In this document: positions 13,601-29,279 of the stretch, piece after piece
Layout of the letters: every line of letters begins with the position of its first letter
How positions within the stretch are numbered: position 1 is the stretch's first letter
Origin: Cycas panzhihuaensis
Lineage: Eukaryota; Plantae; Cycadophyta
Assembly: GCA_023213395.1 (NCBI GenBank)
Contig: CM041465.1
Location: 183,961,741-184,025,740, forward strand
Reading direction: 5' to 3'
DNA length: 64,000 bases
Position numbers and translations under genes: made by a program
The notes under the pieces: generated by a model
The model's database searches: none
Seen by the model: only the letters and a program-made list of their open reading frames with translations
What the model was told of the DNA's origin: nothing

Positions 13601-13816
13601 TTCATATCTCATAACCTAAAACAAAGTGATAAATGCTAGATCATGTTCTAATTAAAGCTTTTGTAATCAAAGAATAACCAAAGTAATTTTGACAACTAAA
13701 ATATTAACTAAGTGACATCCATTGAGTAAACAGAAAGTATAACTAATAAACAACTTGAGCAAATAAATCAGGACATAAACCTGACTAAGTAAAAAAGGGC
13801 TAGTTACAATGAAATA
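10649..13816 (-). repeat. 5' LTR of element A (~3.17 kb)
   Basis: Begins ta(a)tttcac next to the PBS and ends tgaaata (decayed TGTTTCA...TGAAACA). The distal ~1.5 kb matches 1-1146. Confidence 0.8.
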
Positions 13817-14012
13817 ATTTTTTTTTTTAAATATTTTGTGTGATATTTTAGCTACTTGTAGTGGATAGATGCAAGAAAATCACTTATTATAGCTACTTAC
13901 ATGTAGATTGATGACTTTCACAACATTTTTGTTTTATTTTTATGCTTGTTTAGTTGCTTTTTAATTATTTTTTATTTGTAATTTACTTAAAATAGATAGT
14001 GAAGGAAGCATA

Positions 14013-17000
14013 ATGGGTACAATCATAGAAAAACTCATAGGTCTTAAAAATCATATTATATGGAAATATCTTATGTTTTGTTTCTTTTATCAGAATGATC
14101 TTTGGAAGTATGTAGATATTATAGTCAAGGATAAAAATGTAAAGATTACTACATATAAAATTAAATTAACCACTAATGCTACTTTTATATTAAACATTAA
14201 TAGAAGATACATATACTATTTTTCTTAATATGTTAATCTATTGTAGTATTATTTTCAACATCAAAAGAGCTACTACATCGAAGTAGATATAAGACACGAT
14301 CATGAACCTATTTAAATATAACGATGATATGAGAGCTCTAGACCTATGAAGTTAACTATATACTATGACTAGATATATGATAGAACACATGTTTAATGTG
14401 AGGTCAATTCAAGATCAACTATTGATGAATATGAAGATCATTCATAATTAAAAAATTATTGCTTTTGTACTAAGAAGTATACCACTCCACTATAAGAACT
14501 TCACAACTATATTAACCTTAGTCAATAAATTATCTATTATGATAATTGGTTCCTTAGAATCCCTACCTATGAAGCATGAACAAAAGCTAAAACACATGCA
14601 TGATGAATTATTTAGAGCATAAGCATTAATATCAAAAGGGAAAAGGTAGTATATTCTAAAGAAGAATGTAACTTCTAAACCTATAGTTCAAAAGGATAGA
14701 CCTAGAATTTCAAAGGGACAATATAGGACTAAATGTTATCATTATAGGAAGTTAGGTTATATGAAAAAGGATTATTAGGAATGACAGTAATAGTAACACT
14801 TTTAATAACCTCATAATCAACTCTAATAACAAAAGTAACAATAATGACCACTTAGACAATGTAGTTTTATTATGGATTTAACAAAGAAGAGAGTTGATAT
14901 AATTACAAATAGTTATTTATTGTTACATATAAAATAAGTTCTAATGCATAAGTTAAATGGTTCATTGATTTTTATGCATCACAATACATAACTAGAAGGT
15001 TGGTTTAGTTCATTGAAATGCGGTAGGTGAATCAAAAAGTAACCATTAAGGATAATAGTAAGTTGGAAGCCATTAGAGTTAGAAAGGTATCATTTACCTT
15101 TCTGAATGGTGATTGACTATATTTAAAAAATATTTTATAAGTACCAAATTTAAAGGCAAATATTATTTCATTTGATGAAATTAAACAATAAGATATAACT
15201 ATGATATTTGCTCAAGGATAATACATGATTTGAGACAAACAAAACAATGTTGTAATAATAGGACTTAGAGATAATAATATGTACAAACTATAAAGACACT
15301 CTTATGTACGAAGAACACTACTTGTTATATCACGGAGTAAATATTATGGTATAAAAGTATGGATTATTTAAACTACTTTAGTCTCTAATTAATGCATAAG
15401 TTAAAAAGAGTGCATGGTCTTCTTATGATAAACAATAAAGGTTATTTATAAAAACCTTAAGCTTTTAGAAAACAACATGGAGAACCATTTCTGGAGAGGA
15501 AAATATAGAGAGCCAAAGAGACGTTAGGGTTGGTTCACTTAGATATCTATGGACTAATTATTATTATCTCGTTATGTGGTGTGAGATGCTTTATCACTTT
15601 TATTGATGACTTTTTAAGGAAAGTTTGAGTTTTCCAACTAAGAGAAAAATCATAAACCTACACTTACTTCAAATAGTTTAAGGAGTTGATAAGAAATGAA
15701 AGTAAATTATGCTTATATGCCTTAGAAGAATGAATTTACTAAGTGCATGAATAGAACTTTGGTAAAGAAACCTGAAGCAATGATAAAAAATAAGGATGTT
15801 ATAGATTTTTAATAGGTAAAAGTTGTAATCACAGGTACATGTCTAACAAACAGAAGTATTATAAGGGTTGTTAAGAATATAAGATCTGTGGATGCTTGGT
15901 TAGGAAGAAAACCAACTATAAGTCATCTAAGAGTCTTTGGATGCAATACATATATATATATTCCTAAGGAGAAATGATAAAAGTTAGAAGATAAAAGCAC
16001 AAAGTGCATCCTTGATAAACACTCTAAGAAAAGTAAAGTATACAAAGTATACAAGTTATTGACTCAAAAAGTTTATATAACTTATGATTTAATTTTTTAA
16101 GAAGATGAGACTCAGAATATTAGTTTATTTAATATTGAGGATCAAGTAGAGGAGTCACCTAAATGTAGTTCTTCACATGATATTATTTAACTTAAATATG
16201 AACTATTTAATATTGATGAATAATTAAAATTATAATCCTTTCAATTTCTCTAAAACTTGAATTTGAGCAAAAGTAAAAGACATAGCAAAAGTTAAATCTA
16301 GAGTGAAGCAAGAGAAATTATTTATTACTTCATCTTCATCTTCAAAGAAGAAGTTTCTAAAATGGTATTTGAAAACTATGGATGATGTGAAGAAGTTGTT
16401 ACCTAGTATTGAGGGAACAAAGAAGTTAAAAATATGACCTTTTAAAGAGGTGAATATAACTCTTAAAGTATATATATTAGATACAAATGAACCATCGCAG
16501 TTGAAGAAGTTGTGAAAGAGAAGAAGTGGAATGACATTATAGAGACTGAGATCTAAGCTATTAGAAAGAACCACACATGGGATTTAGTTGAATTACCTAT
16601 TAACAAATATATAATTGGATGCAAATGGATATACAAGGAAAAGTTTAAATTAGATAGACCTATAGATAGATATAAAGATTGACTCATAACAAAAGGCTTC
16701 AAATAGCAAGAAGGCATTGACTACCAAAAAACATTTGCTCTTATTGTAAAGATGAATACCATTTATCTCTTTTTAGTGATAATTATATAATTTAATTAGT
16801 AATTACACCAAATAGATATGAAGAACACATTTTTTAATGGGTATTTAAATGAAGAAGTCTACATAGAGTAGCCACCTAAGTTTGTTACAAAGATTATGAG
16901 CACTTGGTATGCTAATTGAGGAAGGCCTTATATGGCCTAAAATAGAATTTTAGAGCCTAGTTTGAAAAGATTGAATAGCACTTTCTAAAGAATAGATTTG

Positions 17001-17990
17001 AGAGAACTCCAACTCACTAAAATCTATACATTAAAGTAGAAAATTCTAAAATCATACTTATGGTGTTGTATATTGATGATTTATTAGTCATAGGTAATAC
17101 TATCAATACGATATCAAACTTGAAGGCAAGTTTTAATCATTTCTTTGAGATGATAGATCTAGGAATTTTATACCACTTCCTTAGTGTGGAAGTATAGCAA
17201 AGGTTTAAATATATCTTCATCTTGTAGGTGAAGTATACTTGGAAAATTCTAAAGAAATTCAGAATGGATAATTATAAACTTACACCTATCCTTATGCAGA
17301 CATGTTCTAGATTAATAATGAAAGATAGTAGAGTGGATATCGATTCAAAATTATACAAGCAAATGGTGGGAAGTCCAATATACTTGATTAATAGTAGGCG
17401 TGATATATCTTTTTTAATTAAAATGGTATCTAAATTTATGGTATTACTAAAACAGAGTAACTAGAAAGTTGCAAAGAAGATCCTCAAATACTTAAAAGAG
17501 ATAATTTATTATTGATTTAAATTCTAATATAATGATAATTTTAAGTTGATAAGATTCACAGATTCTGATTGAACTAGATGTATAGATAGCAAAAGGTAAA
17601 TTTATTTATCATTACATGGAGTAGTAAAAAGTAATCATATGATGTTTTATCCTCAATTGAAGTAGATTATAGAGTTATAGTTACAACAACTACTGAAGCC
17701 ATTTGGTTATAATAGATTCTTAAGTATATGGGACTATTGTAATTAGAATCAACTTTCTTGTACTTTGATAATTAGAGTACCTTGAAGATTGAGAAAAATC
17801 ATGTATTCTATGTTGCACCAAACATGTTGACATGCATCATCACTTTATTTTAAAATTATTTAAAAATATATATAATTAAGATGGTGTATAGGTTAATAAA
17901 TAAATAAATGGCTGACATCTTCACTAAACCACTAGCACATGATATATTTGAAACTTTCAAGGATGGTTTAGGTGTCAAGAAAAATAAAAT
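14013..17990 (+). pseudogene. copia gag-PR-IN-RT-RH pseudogene of B, with a deletion in the integrase core near 15730
   Basis: Motifs listed for B. ORFs 14013-14228 and 17228-17464 are fragments of it. Confidence 0.85.
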
Positions 17991-18006
17991 AAACATTAAG
18001 GGGGAG

Positions 18007-18334
18007 TGCTGGTATTAATATTTATTTATGGCTTATAACTTTAGGTTATGAGCCTTCCCTTAAGTTTTATATTACATTAGGTGTTAAATTTATTTTAATG
18101 TTTATGTTAATGATGAGTAATTAGAGGTTACAACTCTTGCATCACATATATTATTTAGTTAGAATTTAGATTCTATTTTAGTTTTGTATTTATGCATGTA
18201 TTATGAATTATAAATCTTAATAAGAGATAACTTTAGTTTGAGATTTTATTAATTATGTGAAATTCGTTTTCATATTAATTATATAATTAATCTTATTTTA
18301 GTTAGACCTCCATTCCTATTGCTTTAATATTATA
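18007..18334 (+). repeat. 3' LTR of B (right end approximate)
   Basis: Starts TGCTGGTATTAA immediately after the PPT. A decayed inverted terminus ttaatattata lies at ~18324-18334. Confidence 0.55.
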
Positions 18335-19190
18335 AGAGCTACCTCTTATCAGCTTTGTGCTCAGTGCATTGCCAAGTGGAGCCTCCTCAATAAACTAATC
18401 TATTATACCTTCCTTACCAATTTTGACCTTATGGGCCACAAATTAGTCCCCTTAGGAACCCATCCCTTAATGGTATATTGCCTTGAGATAAGGTATACAA
18501 GGAGATACTACTCTTATAGAGTCACAACTCTTCTAAGATGTCCCCAATCACATTGATACATCCTTATGGGATGCTCCTTATTAATCATCACACTCTTCAC
18601 TAATAAATTATACCCTTTCACAGTATAACAACACCTTGAGACACCCTCATTGTTTGCCTAGTAAGGATGTCTATATAATGCCTTCTCCCAACACCACATG
18701 TCTATTATTTGAATGGCCATCACATGCCTTTAGATAATGCTTGGTCCTAGATGATGCTAAATGAAACACACTTAGATAGGTATGTGGGCTCTAGTTAGGC
18801 ATGCCCCTCTACTTCAAGCATAAATCTCTCATCCTATGTTAATGTGCTCTTCTTGTTGTACCTATGAAGAAGAAGTGATAACCATTCCTCTCATAGGAAT
18901 TGATGTTTTCTTTCTATTGATAAATAGGATGTTGTCTATATTAAGTGAATTTGACTAGACTCATTTTGATACCACTTGTTAAGCACTAGATTATAAATAG
19001 ATAGTATACATATAAAATTGAGGAGAAAACTTGAATAATATTGAATAAATAAAATATGATGACAAGAGTACATAGTCAATTGATATTTATTTTGGTCTAA
19101 AAGGCCATTTTCTAAAAGGATTGCCCTTACTTGACTAATAAATAAAATATAAATCCTAGTTAATTAATAGTTCAAGTCTATAATAATACA
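18335..19190 (-). mobile_element. Element C: 5' fragment of an LTR retrotransposon (LTR part + Met PBS + leader/gag remnant)
   Basis: ttttgatacca-ct-TGTT at 18964-18980 is a reverse-complement tRNA-iMet PBS adjoining an LTR terminus. Coding identity is unclear. Confidence 0.45.
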
Positions 19191-19273
19191 CATATCCATG
19201 TATATATATAGTTAATATGGCATGTGTGTGTATGTATTATCATTTATCATTAGTATGCATATATATACATGGC

Positions 19274-19325
19274 AGTATTGTCCTAGAGAGTACTCCATGA
19301 GGGAGAAATGCTAATGATAAAAGGA

Positions 19326-19361
<36 letters not shown>

Positions 19362-22300
19362 CATATTAACTTTATATATGCTTAGATAGTATGGTTGAAA
19401 CAAGGAAGGCAAGACATAACATACTCTCCCTTCTTAAAATCTTTGTCCTCAAACTTTCTTATTTATAGGCTACATGCATCATCTCTTGTTAAGAGTTTTG
19501 TTCTAAAGGTTTCATTATTTATGGGCCATATATACCTTCCATTCTTAGTATCCTTATTCGTATAACTTACCTTAATTTTTAATATTTCTTTATGTGATTA
19601 AGAGAAGTGATTTTAGAGTAGTGTATCTATAGGGAACCTCTTTAATGTCCATTGTTTCATCCTAGGCTATGACTTACTTTTGTCACAGTGCTTGTTCTAA
19701 GAAAATTAACTATTTGATGTGTGTTACTTGAGTGACCCTTGGTAGGTTTGACATTGATTTAAAGGGGCCTAAAATATTATGATGAGTTGCCTACTTTTCT
19801 ATGAGTCCAGGGGTGCATATTTATTTGTTTCTTAAGGCATATAAAGGCATGTGATATACCTAAAATATCCCTTTGTTGGTGACTTGTCCTAGAGTAAGGA
19901 CAATCTAATATCTTAAGAAGCATGTTGGGCTTCATTCTATTTGAATTTGATAATTTTCTCTACATTGTTGGTGTTGTAAGTGACTAGATTTATCAACCAT
20001 TATGCTCTTAAAATTAGGTCTATGCCTTGTAGTAGGTGAATTAAGAGGAAATAAAATTCTATCTCATAGTTTCCCATTTTTAGTTTGATGTTTTTGACTT
20101 CTCCTTAATACTATATTTCTTAAGATAAGGGCTGTAACTTTTATTTTTTATTGGGTCTATAATTTTAGCCTATGCACTATTTATGAACTAATAAGATTGT
20201 GTATACTTTTTAAATATATGAATCCCAATTAAAAAGGCTGAGGGTACTCTAATTAGATCTTTACTTTAGAATTCAAGAATGCTATAATAACATTGAGCTA
20301 AAAATGAAAGATCATACTATGGTGTGAAAAGCAAGATTTAGCTAAGAAAGGAAAGAGAACACTATAGTGGAAAATCCTATTATATGGCTAGAAAGTTTTT
20401 TCTATAAAATGTGATAAAAGAAAGGTCATTATAAAAATTGTGACTATTAGTTTTACTCTACATAACAAAGGGAAGGAGAAGTGCAACTACTTTATTATTT
20501 CTTATATGCCTTATGACTCTTAAGGTATTTAGGTTTTATAATTTATTTACTAACACTAAGGGTTATTTTGAGTGCATTATATCAACTCCTTTTATCACTA
20601 CTTCTTTAGTTGTGGTTGCTTCATTTGAATCTAAGTGGTGTTCCCTTGTTTTAATTGAGTGCCCTAAGTCTTGTGAATTAGGTATTTTTTGTGGTAATAT
20701 ATATTTATTATTTGAAACTTATCTTACTTGTTAGTCTATAATGTTAGCATTCACTTTATTGATTTCTAATGATTCTAAGTGCTTGATTGTTGTATGTTCC
20801 TACAATGGGATCGTGCTTGAATTGGTCTTGTTTGCTACACTATCTTGGTTAGTTGTTGTTCTATCACTACTTATTTATTGATCTTTTTCACTATATGGGT
20901 TGTGGTTTATTATTGGTTATTAAATTAGATAATGGGAATCATAATGATTATTGTGACTACTCTCACATGCTTCTATATCTTATGGAGGTGTGGGGATAAG
21001 CACAACTTGCTTACAGCATTAGAGTGGTTAAGCTAATTAAAGATCTATAAATAAGGAGTAAGTCACACCTTCTTAAATAATGACATTATACCAATGGGAT
21101 GCCTAATAACATATACTTCCTTATGATTTATCCTAAGCAAAACACATCCTATTAAATTTATAGAAGAAATTACATTTTGCAATTGTATTATCTAACATTT
21201 TGACCCATTGTTCTAAGTTTAAATAACTATTAAAGGTATACGACAAGATCTCCTCCTCATTAATATTTTTATGTGATAGTGTATCTTGATATACATACTT
21301 AATAAGTTTCTTACATGACTCTATGTATAAGGAAGGGTTGGGTGCAAGGGATAGATAAGTATTAACACAATGTAGTTGATGGAATAAGTGTTTGTTAAAA
21401 TCTTAACAATTGGTAAAGGCTAACTAGTGACATGGGTAGATGTAAATAATTAAGTTTTCTAGTGTGTTATGTAAGTGATTAAATATTTCACTAGAGGTCT
21501 CTAATAGGTTAAGAAGAGGTGAATCAATGGTGATTCTCAACTTGGTAAATAGGAAGGACATAAAGGCTTGGTTTCTTAACTTAGAATGAAAGCCCCTGTT
21601 AATTAAAAGTGATCTAACTTTACAATGAAATGACATTATTAAGGTAAGAACTCAAAAAAAAAAACCTAAGATCTAGATTTTAGATATGAATTAAAATTAA
21701 AATATTCAAAAAAAAATTCTTAAACAACAATCAAGATGGAAGGCTAAGCAAAGAAAATCACTTTCTTTCTTTTTCCTTAAATGCTATATGACATTTTAAT
21801 ATTTTATATAGCAGTATTCTTAAGAAAGAGTAAATTTTTTCTAAAATTTAATTTTTCAAAGAAAATTAGGGTAATAAAAGAAGTGAAAGGATTAGGAGAT
21901 AAATAAAAATTAGAATATACCTAAAATATTATTTTTTTTAAAATAAATCTTAATGTCTTAAAAGTGTAAAAAAGGAAGGGATTTTTAACTAATGTTAAGC
22001 TTATTTTTAACTAGGTGGAGGGTTTTCTGGACCTGATATCTTGAGGACTATGCTTATCTTGAAAATGTTATTTAATGTTTTAAATACCCTTACAACATCT
22101 TTTGAGTGTGTTGTGCATGTGACCTATGATGTTTCCTAGCACTAAATTTGATATATATTGATATAGGATTAACCTCCCAGTTGAAAATTATAATGCTTAC
22201 ACTCAAAAATTATGTTAAAAAATAATAAGGGTGATTAAAACAATGTTTGATGTATAATTAACTATGGATGACCTACTCCAACCATACTAAGACATAATGG

Positions 22301-22898
22301 GGTAATACTGAGATTACCTATAACTCTAAAGAGTTAGGATACAACATTACTTTACCAAAAATACTTAATCATTGCTATAAGAGAAAACCATTATGTTAGA
22401 CTTCCTCCCTTATATAGTGCTCTTCATTCTTGATCAAGCCCTATGATAAACAATAGGATTTAGATATTTAGTGCTATGATTTCCACTCTATTAACCCTAA
22501 TTTTTTATGGTAGCTTCCTTTGTGTTAGAACTTTCTTAATGACTAAAAAGGCTTCATTAATAGTAAGAGTGTGAACTTATAGAAGGTGCAATACAAGACT
22601 AAATATGAGTGGGATGGAGGAGAAGTACATAGGTTAGTTAGATTCATAAATAAACAAGGATTGCTTAGATGGATATAATACAATGGGAAGGATGGATTGT
22701 AGAAAAAAATGATATTCTCTAATACCACTTGTAGTGTCCTAGGCACTACTATGTAAATTAGGACCTAGTCCTATGAAACAATCCACGAGGGAGAAATGCT
22801 AATAATAAGAAGATAACATACACACTCTCTTATATCCTACTACTTTTATATATACATATATAATATAGTTGACTTAGGGGAGGTATGCCACAGTAATA
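19274..22898 (-). mobile_element. Element D: internally deleted Ty3/gypsy derivative with short LTRs (~19274-19421 and 22730-~22898)
   Basis: Shared LTR core gagggagaaatgctaat. PPT ctctcccttc at ~19425, Met PBS ctctaatacca at 22717-22727, IN C-terminal remnant ~19450-20050, gag-like remnant ~20700-21650. No RT motifs seen. Confidence 0.6.
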
Positions 22899-23049
22899 TG
22901 TGTGTGGATATGTATGTATACACATATACATTGTGGTGATACAAATAAGGTAACCATGGGAATTATAGATATTTAGTTGATCAAAGAGGGGTAGTTTCCA
23001 AGCTAATATATAACATGCCTTATGATTAAGTACTCTTGAAATGCTTCAC

Positions 23050-24323
23050 CCTTTAAGCATACTTAAAAAATAACAACTAATGATTGCCTCGATAGATAGG
23101 ATAATGTCATATTCATCAACCCTATGCATTTGAGTTATAATTTGATGAGTTGTGAGTTATTGAAAGTTTTAGAACCAATGCGGTTTATTCAGGGCTTGGT
23201 GCCACATAATCTTTTATTTAATTATTATATTATATTATAGATATATGTTAAATTTCCTATAGTTTTTGCATAATTATTCTTTATATGCTTCTTCTTAAAG
23301 AGTTGTTATTAATATTGTAACTATTAAGTGAGCTTTTAGTATATTTTTTCATATATCAAATCATGGGCCCTATTCTAAATGATTAGGAGATGAAGTTATT
23401 ATTGATACTAATGAAACTTTAGGTGTATAATTTTTAATTTATGAATAGTAAGTTGCTCTGTACTATTGGGGAGATAGTGTTGGGTATTTATCATCTTTGG
23501 ACATAGATGGGTCATTTTATTAAACCGCTAGACTTTTGTATATCTATGCTTTTACTTATTTTGTATAATTTATTATAAAATCTTTATGATATTATTCTAG
23601 GTTAATTAGAGTGACAACTAATAGATTTGATGCATACTCTTTGAATAAATATACCTCCTACATGGCTAGCACTTTGTCTAAGTAGCTTAGATATGTATAT
23701 TAAATATACCTCATCACTAGCAAATGCTATTATTTATGTTTTGCCTTATAAGCTTCCTTATCACTGAGCATGTAGATTGGTAATCCACATTCATATTGCA
23801 CATATTCATAGAAATTGATTTGTGCCTTATAATATTTAGGCTCTTTAGTATATTGCTCTTATAGTGTATTATACTATTTTTTATAATGTTGACAAGTGTA
23901 TGGCATATAAAAATTTGGGTTGGTTTTAAAGTGCTTGATGATAACTATTTGAGATAATGTTGTGACCCTTAGTTTCTATTAGGGGTTTATTAATTTTGAT
24001 AATCTCTATATTTTAACAAAATAATTATTTTGATGAGATTGAGTTTTATTATATTTATCTTCTGTGTTGTTAAACATTAGGATGCTTTCTTCACCTACTT
24101 TTATTTTCTTATGACTAAATGCTTTGATAAACAACCCTTTAGAATCACGTTCATGTGATGACATTGTGACATCTAGGATATCATATTCTAGCACTTTATC
24201 TTCCTGCATAGTTGAAAGTTTGTCAAGATTTTGTATTAAAGTGCTAAGCCCCCTTTTTACCTCATTGAGTTTTGCATCACAATTAGTATATACTTTATAT
24301 ATCAATCTTATGTGTTTTTTCAT
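23050..24323 (-). pseudogene. Possible hAT-family transposase relic
   Basis: Collinear weak motifs on the minus strand: ORF 24006-24323, YAIHL (CxxH with C>Y by G>A) ~23905, TLINLE (NP.Y-like) ~23600, PE*TALVLKL..SS (dimerisation-domain-like) ~23190. No TIRs identified. Confidence 0.35.
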
Positions 24324-24937
24324 TTTATTAGGGTAACATTTGTAATGTTTTTGGGTTTTCTTACAAGCGAAATAATTAACCTATTTTCTTTTGAATGGAT
24401 TATTTGCCCTCATATTTTTTCATATATGTGTGTTTTACTATAGATCTATAATTCATAATAATATATTCAAGTTTAAATCATATACACTATGTATATATTA
24501 TATAAAATATTTATTTATAACTATAAAAATATATTATATTAAAAGAGATTGTATAAAAGAGTATTATTTTATTTAAAGAAGATATTCACTTTTGGAAATG
24601 GATTATATTGATATTATTATTATTATTATTATTATTTAATCACTAACTAAGGTTTTAACCTTATTATGTTTTTCTTTTATATTTATATATCAATAATGTA
24701 ATAGAGGTGAATACACATAATTAACTATAACATTTGGATTATTCACACCTATGTTTGCATATAGGCAATAACAAATGCTTGTGGGCTATGATAAATTATG
24801 TATGACTAATGGTGAGTGGGCTATAAATATTAATGTCCACATATGGATTATATATATGAGGGTTCATATGTGGATTATCTAGATGGGGTAAAATATTTAT
24901 GGAAATAGTAGACCAAATATAAGGAGATAGAACATCA

Positions 24938-27057
<2,120 letters not shown>

Positions 27058-27059
27058 AT

Positions 27060-27600
27060 TGTTAGAATTAATATTTACATAGGTTAATGGTCAATTAAAA
27101 TCTTTGGTAAGTCATAGGGTCATCACTAATTTGGTGATGCTTATTTAGGAGTTACATTAGGTTTGCAATAAATGTGTGGCATATGTTAAGGTGGTTACAA
27201 ATCAATTTTAGACAGTTACTGATACCACTCGTATATATGTATATATTGATTTGAACATGTTGATTTGACCATTCTAAATAAATGAAATCCTTGTTTTAAA
27301 GGTAGACCGATTCTACTTGATAAATTGTATTTAATGTTCATATTGATTCATTTATATTCCTAGTTAAAATTGGCATTTAGTATCAAAGCAAGCTAATTTA
27401 TAGGTTATTAATCAATTTCTAAGTGTTGTTATGAACCATTTTAGAGGCTTGTTTTATTTTGGAAGAAACCTATAAAGGGGAATTTTACTTTATAATGGGT
27501 GTATAAAGAGGGTAAACATTCATTGGTCTAGTATTAAAAACTCTTATGAGGATGGGTTTCAATTAATTTACATTGCCATAATATTAGTTACAACTATTTT
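27060..27600 (+). mobile_element. Element E: probable 5' LTR (27060-27375) + Met PBS + start of copia-like gag
   Basis: TGTTAG...TGGCA followed by tt-tagtatcaaagc (27378-27389, decayed TGGTATCAGAGC). Weak KGNF..W-like gag start near 27475. Confidence 0.5.
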
Positions 27601-29279
27601 TACTAAGTTCTAGTCAATTGCTCTCTTGTCTACTCACTGAGATAATATAGGATATTATGTGAAGGTGATGGTAGGATTGGGTGTTTTGCAACTAGTATAA
27701 AGGCTAGATATGCCTTACATAAGATTGATATAAAGTCATCACCCATAATAAGGCAAACCATATGTATTGAAGTTGTAAAGAAGGAGAGGCGCTAGTTAGA
27801 TTTAGACCCCATATAAACCTTATCATCTATGATCTAGATTGCAAACTACAAACCCTAAACATAGAAGGAAGACTTATGTGAGTTTTAAACTTAAAAGAGG
27901 ACAAGAAATGACAAAATTAGTTGTTAAAGGTAATGTTTGATTACTTTACTATAAAAACATATTAAGTGATATTATGTCCCTCTACTCTCTCTTATGTATC
28001 ATTATTAAATCATGAGCACCATTAAGATGTATGCAAGTTCTCACTTATTTATATAATATCCCATTAGTTAATTTGTATTATTGGTTGGAGATGAGGTTAA
28101 TTATACTTATAAATATATACATTCATCTAATGCAATTCTTTAAAGAGTAATCATTTTTCCATGATATTATTGTGTTCTTATAATGCACATGTTTTATTTT
28201 TCTATGCTTTCATGTATATCTTATATTAACCTCCTTATTTTCTTTGATTATTCATGAACATTTTTTATGATATTATTTTTTCTAACACATTAATATTAGA
28301 TCATTTTTTTGTTTTTGAATATTAATGTTGTGTTTGTATGGGTTGTTCTCTTTGCTAGAATAAATTCTATCATGAATTTATATTTAATAATGATTTGACT
28401 AGCTATTTATATGCCATGCTTTAACATTATATGGCTGTATAAAGTTGTTATTTCTATTAGAAATATTAAAAGAATAAGACTAAAATCAAATATAAAAAGG
28501 AAGAAATTAACACAATAAATTACACAATGATTACAAGAAAATATTCTTATATTAGATCACAAATAGTACAAATAACTTAGTCTGCTCTCACATGTTTCAA
28601 ACAAATAATTCGATGAATTAAAGAGAGTAAGACCACTCCTCATTTTGATAAGAGTGTAGAGTAAAGAATAAAGTTGAAAATTTATAAAGCAAGGAAACAA
28701 CATGGAGCACCTCATACATGCTCTCAGATGTATGCGAGAAAAATAGTAATATACCTCTCAAGTGAATATGCTAAATATAATACAATTATTCAGTCAAGGA
28801 AAAGAATGTAAAATATACAATATGAAGTACATATTATTTTTATTATAGCTTACCACAATAGAAGTGAATGAGAGTTGAGCATCGAACCATCTACCAGAGG
28901 TGGCTAAGGTTAGAAGGTGTAGGCACTGGCAATGAGCAAAGTAGATTCAAGCATGGGCTCGACCCTGAATGGTGTGTGAATGAATGACATCTTGTATGGC
29001 ATGATCTAGGGTTGAAACCATTGGCTCAAGGGACAATCAAAGGAGCTTTTCCCTTTGGATGGAGGGTAATCTATGTGCAAGTTAGAGATCAAATGCATCA
29101 AGGCACATGTGATGAGTGTAACCCATGGATATAACTATGGTTAAGGAAGTGGCATGATGAGGAATTGGAAAATGAGGGTTATGAAGTAAGGTATAGATCA
29201 GATGACCAATGGGAGGCAGAAGGATTTAGTAGATTTCAAATCTAGGTGAGATACAATGTTTATTTGGCATTCTTACATG

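Larger units (their letters stand above)
1..13816 (-). mobile_element. Element A: degenerate Ty3/gypsy LTR retrotransposon, non-chromovirus Tat/Ogre-like; 3' LTR truncated by window start
   Basis: Direct repeats 1-1146 and ~12265-13816. Minus-strand domain order is gag, PR (IIIDGGSLMNV ~8620), RT, RH, IN (CHDGIYEGHFGG ~4700, IITDNGTSF ~4295, PINSHLLKRFYA* ending 3692). Arg-type PBS next to the right LTR. Confidence 0.9.
13817..18334 (+). mobile_element. Element B: degenerate Ty1/copia (leader, gag-pol, PPT, 3' LTR); 5' LTR not in window
   Basis: gag IEKLIG..N..IWK at 14013, knuckle KCYHYRKLGYMKKDY ~14731, PR WFIDFYASQYI ~14958, IN LVHLDIYG ~15531, RT YIDDLLV ~17069, RH MADIFTKPL ~17908, PPT ttaagggggag then TG at 18007. 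Confidence 0.88.

Noticed and set aside
28455-28860. LTR-like A-rich stretch as the missing 3' LTR of H, displaced by the LINE
   Set aside because: No convincing PPT, termini or LINE TSD could be identified.
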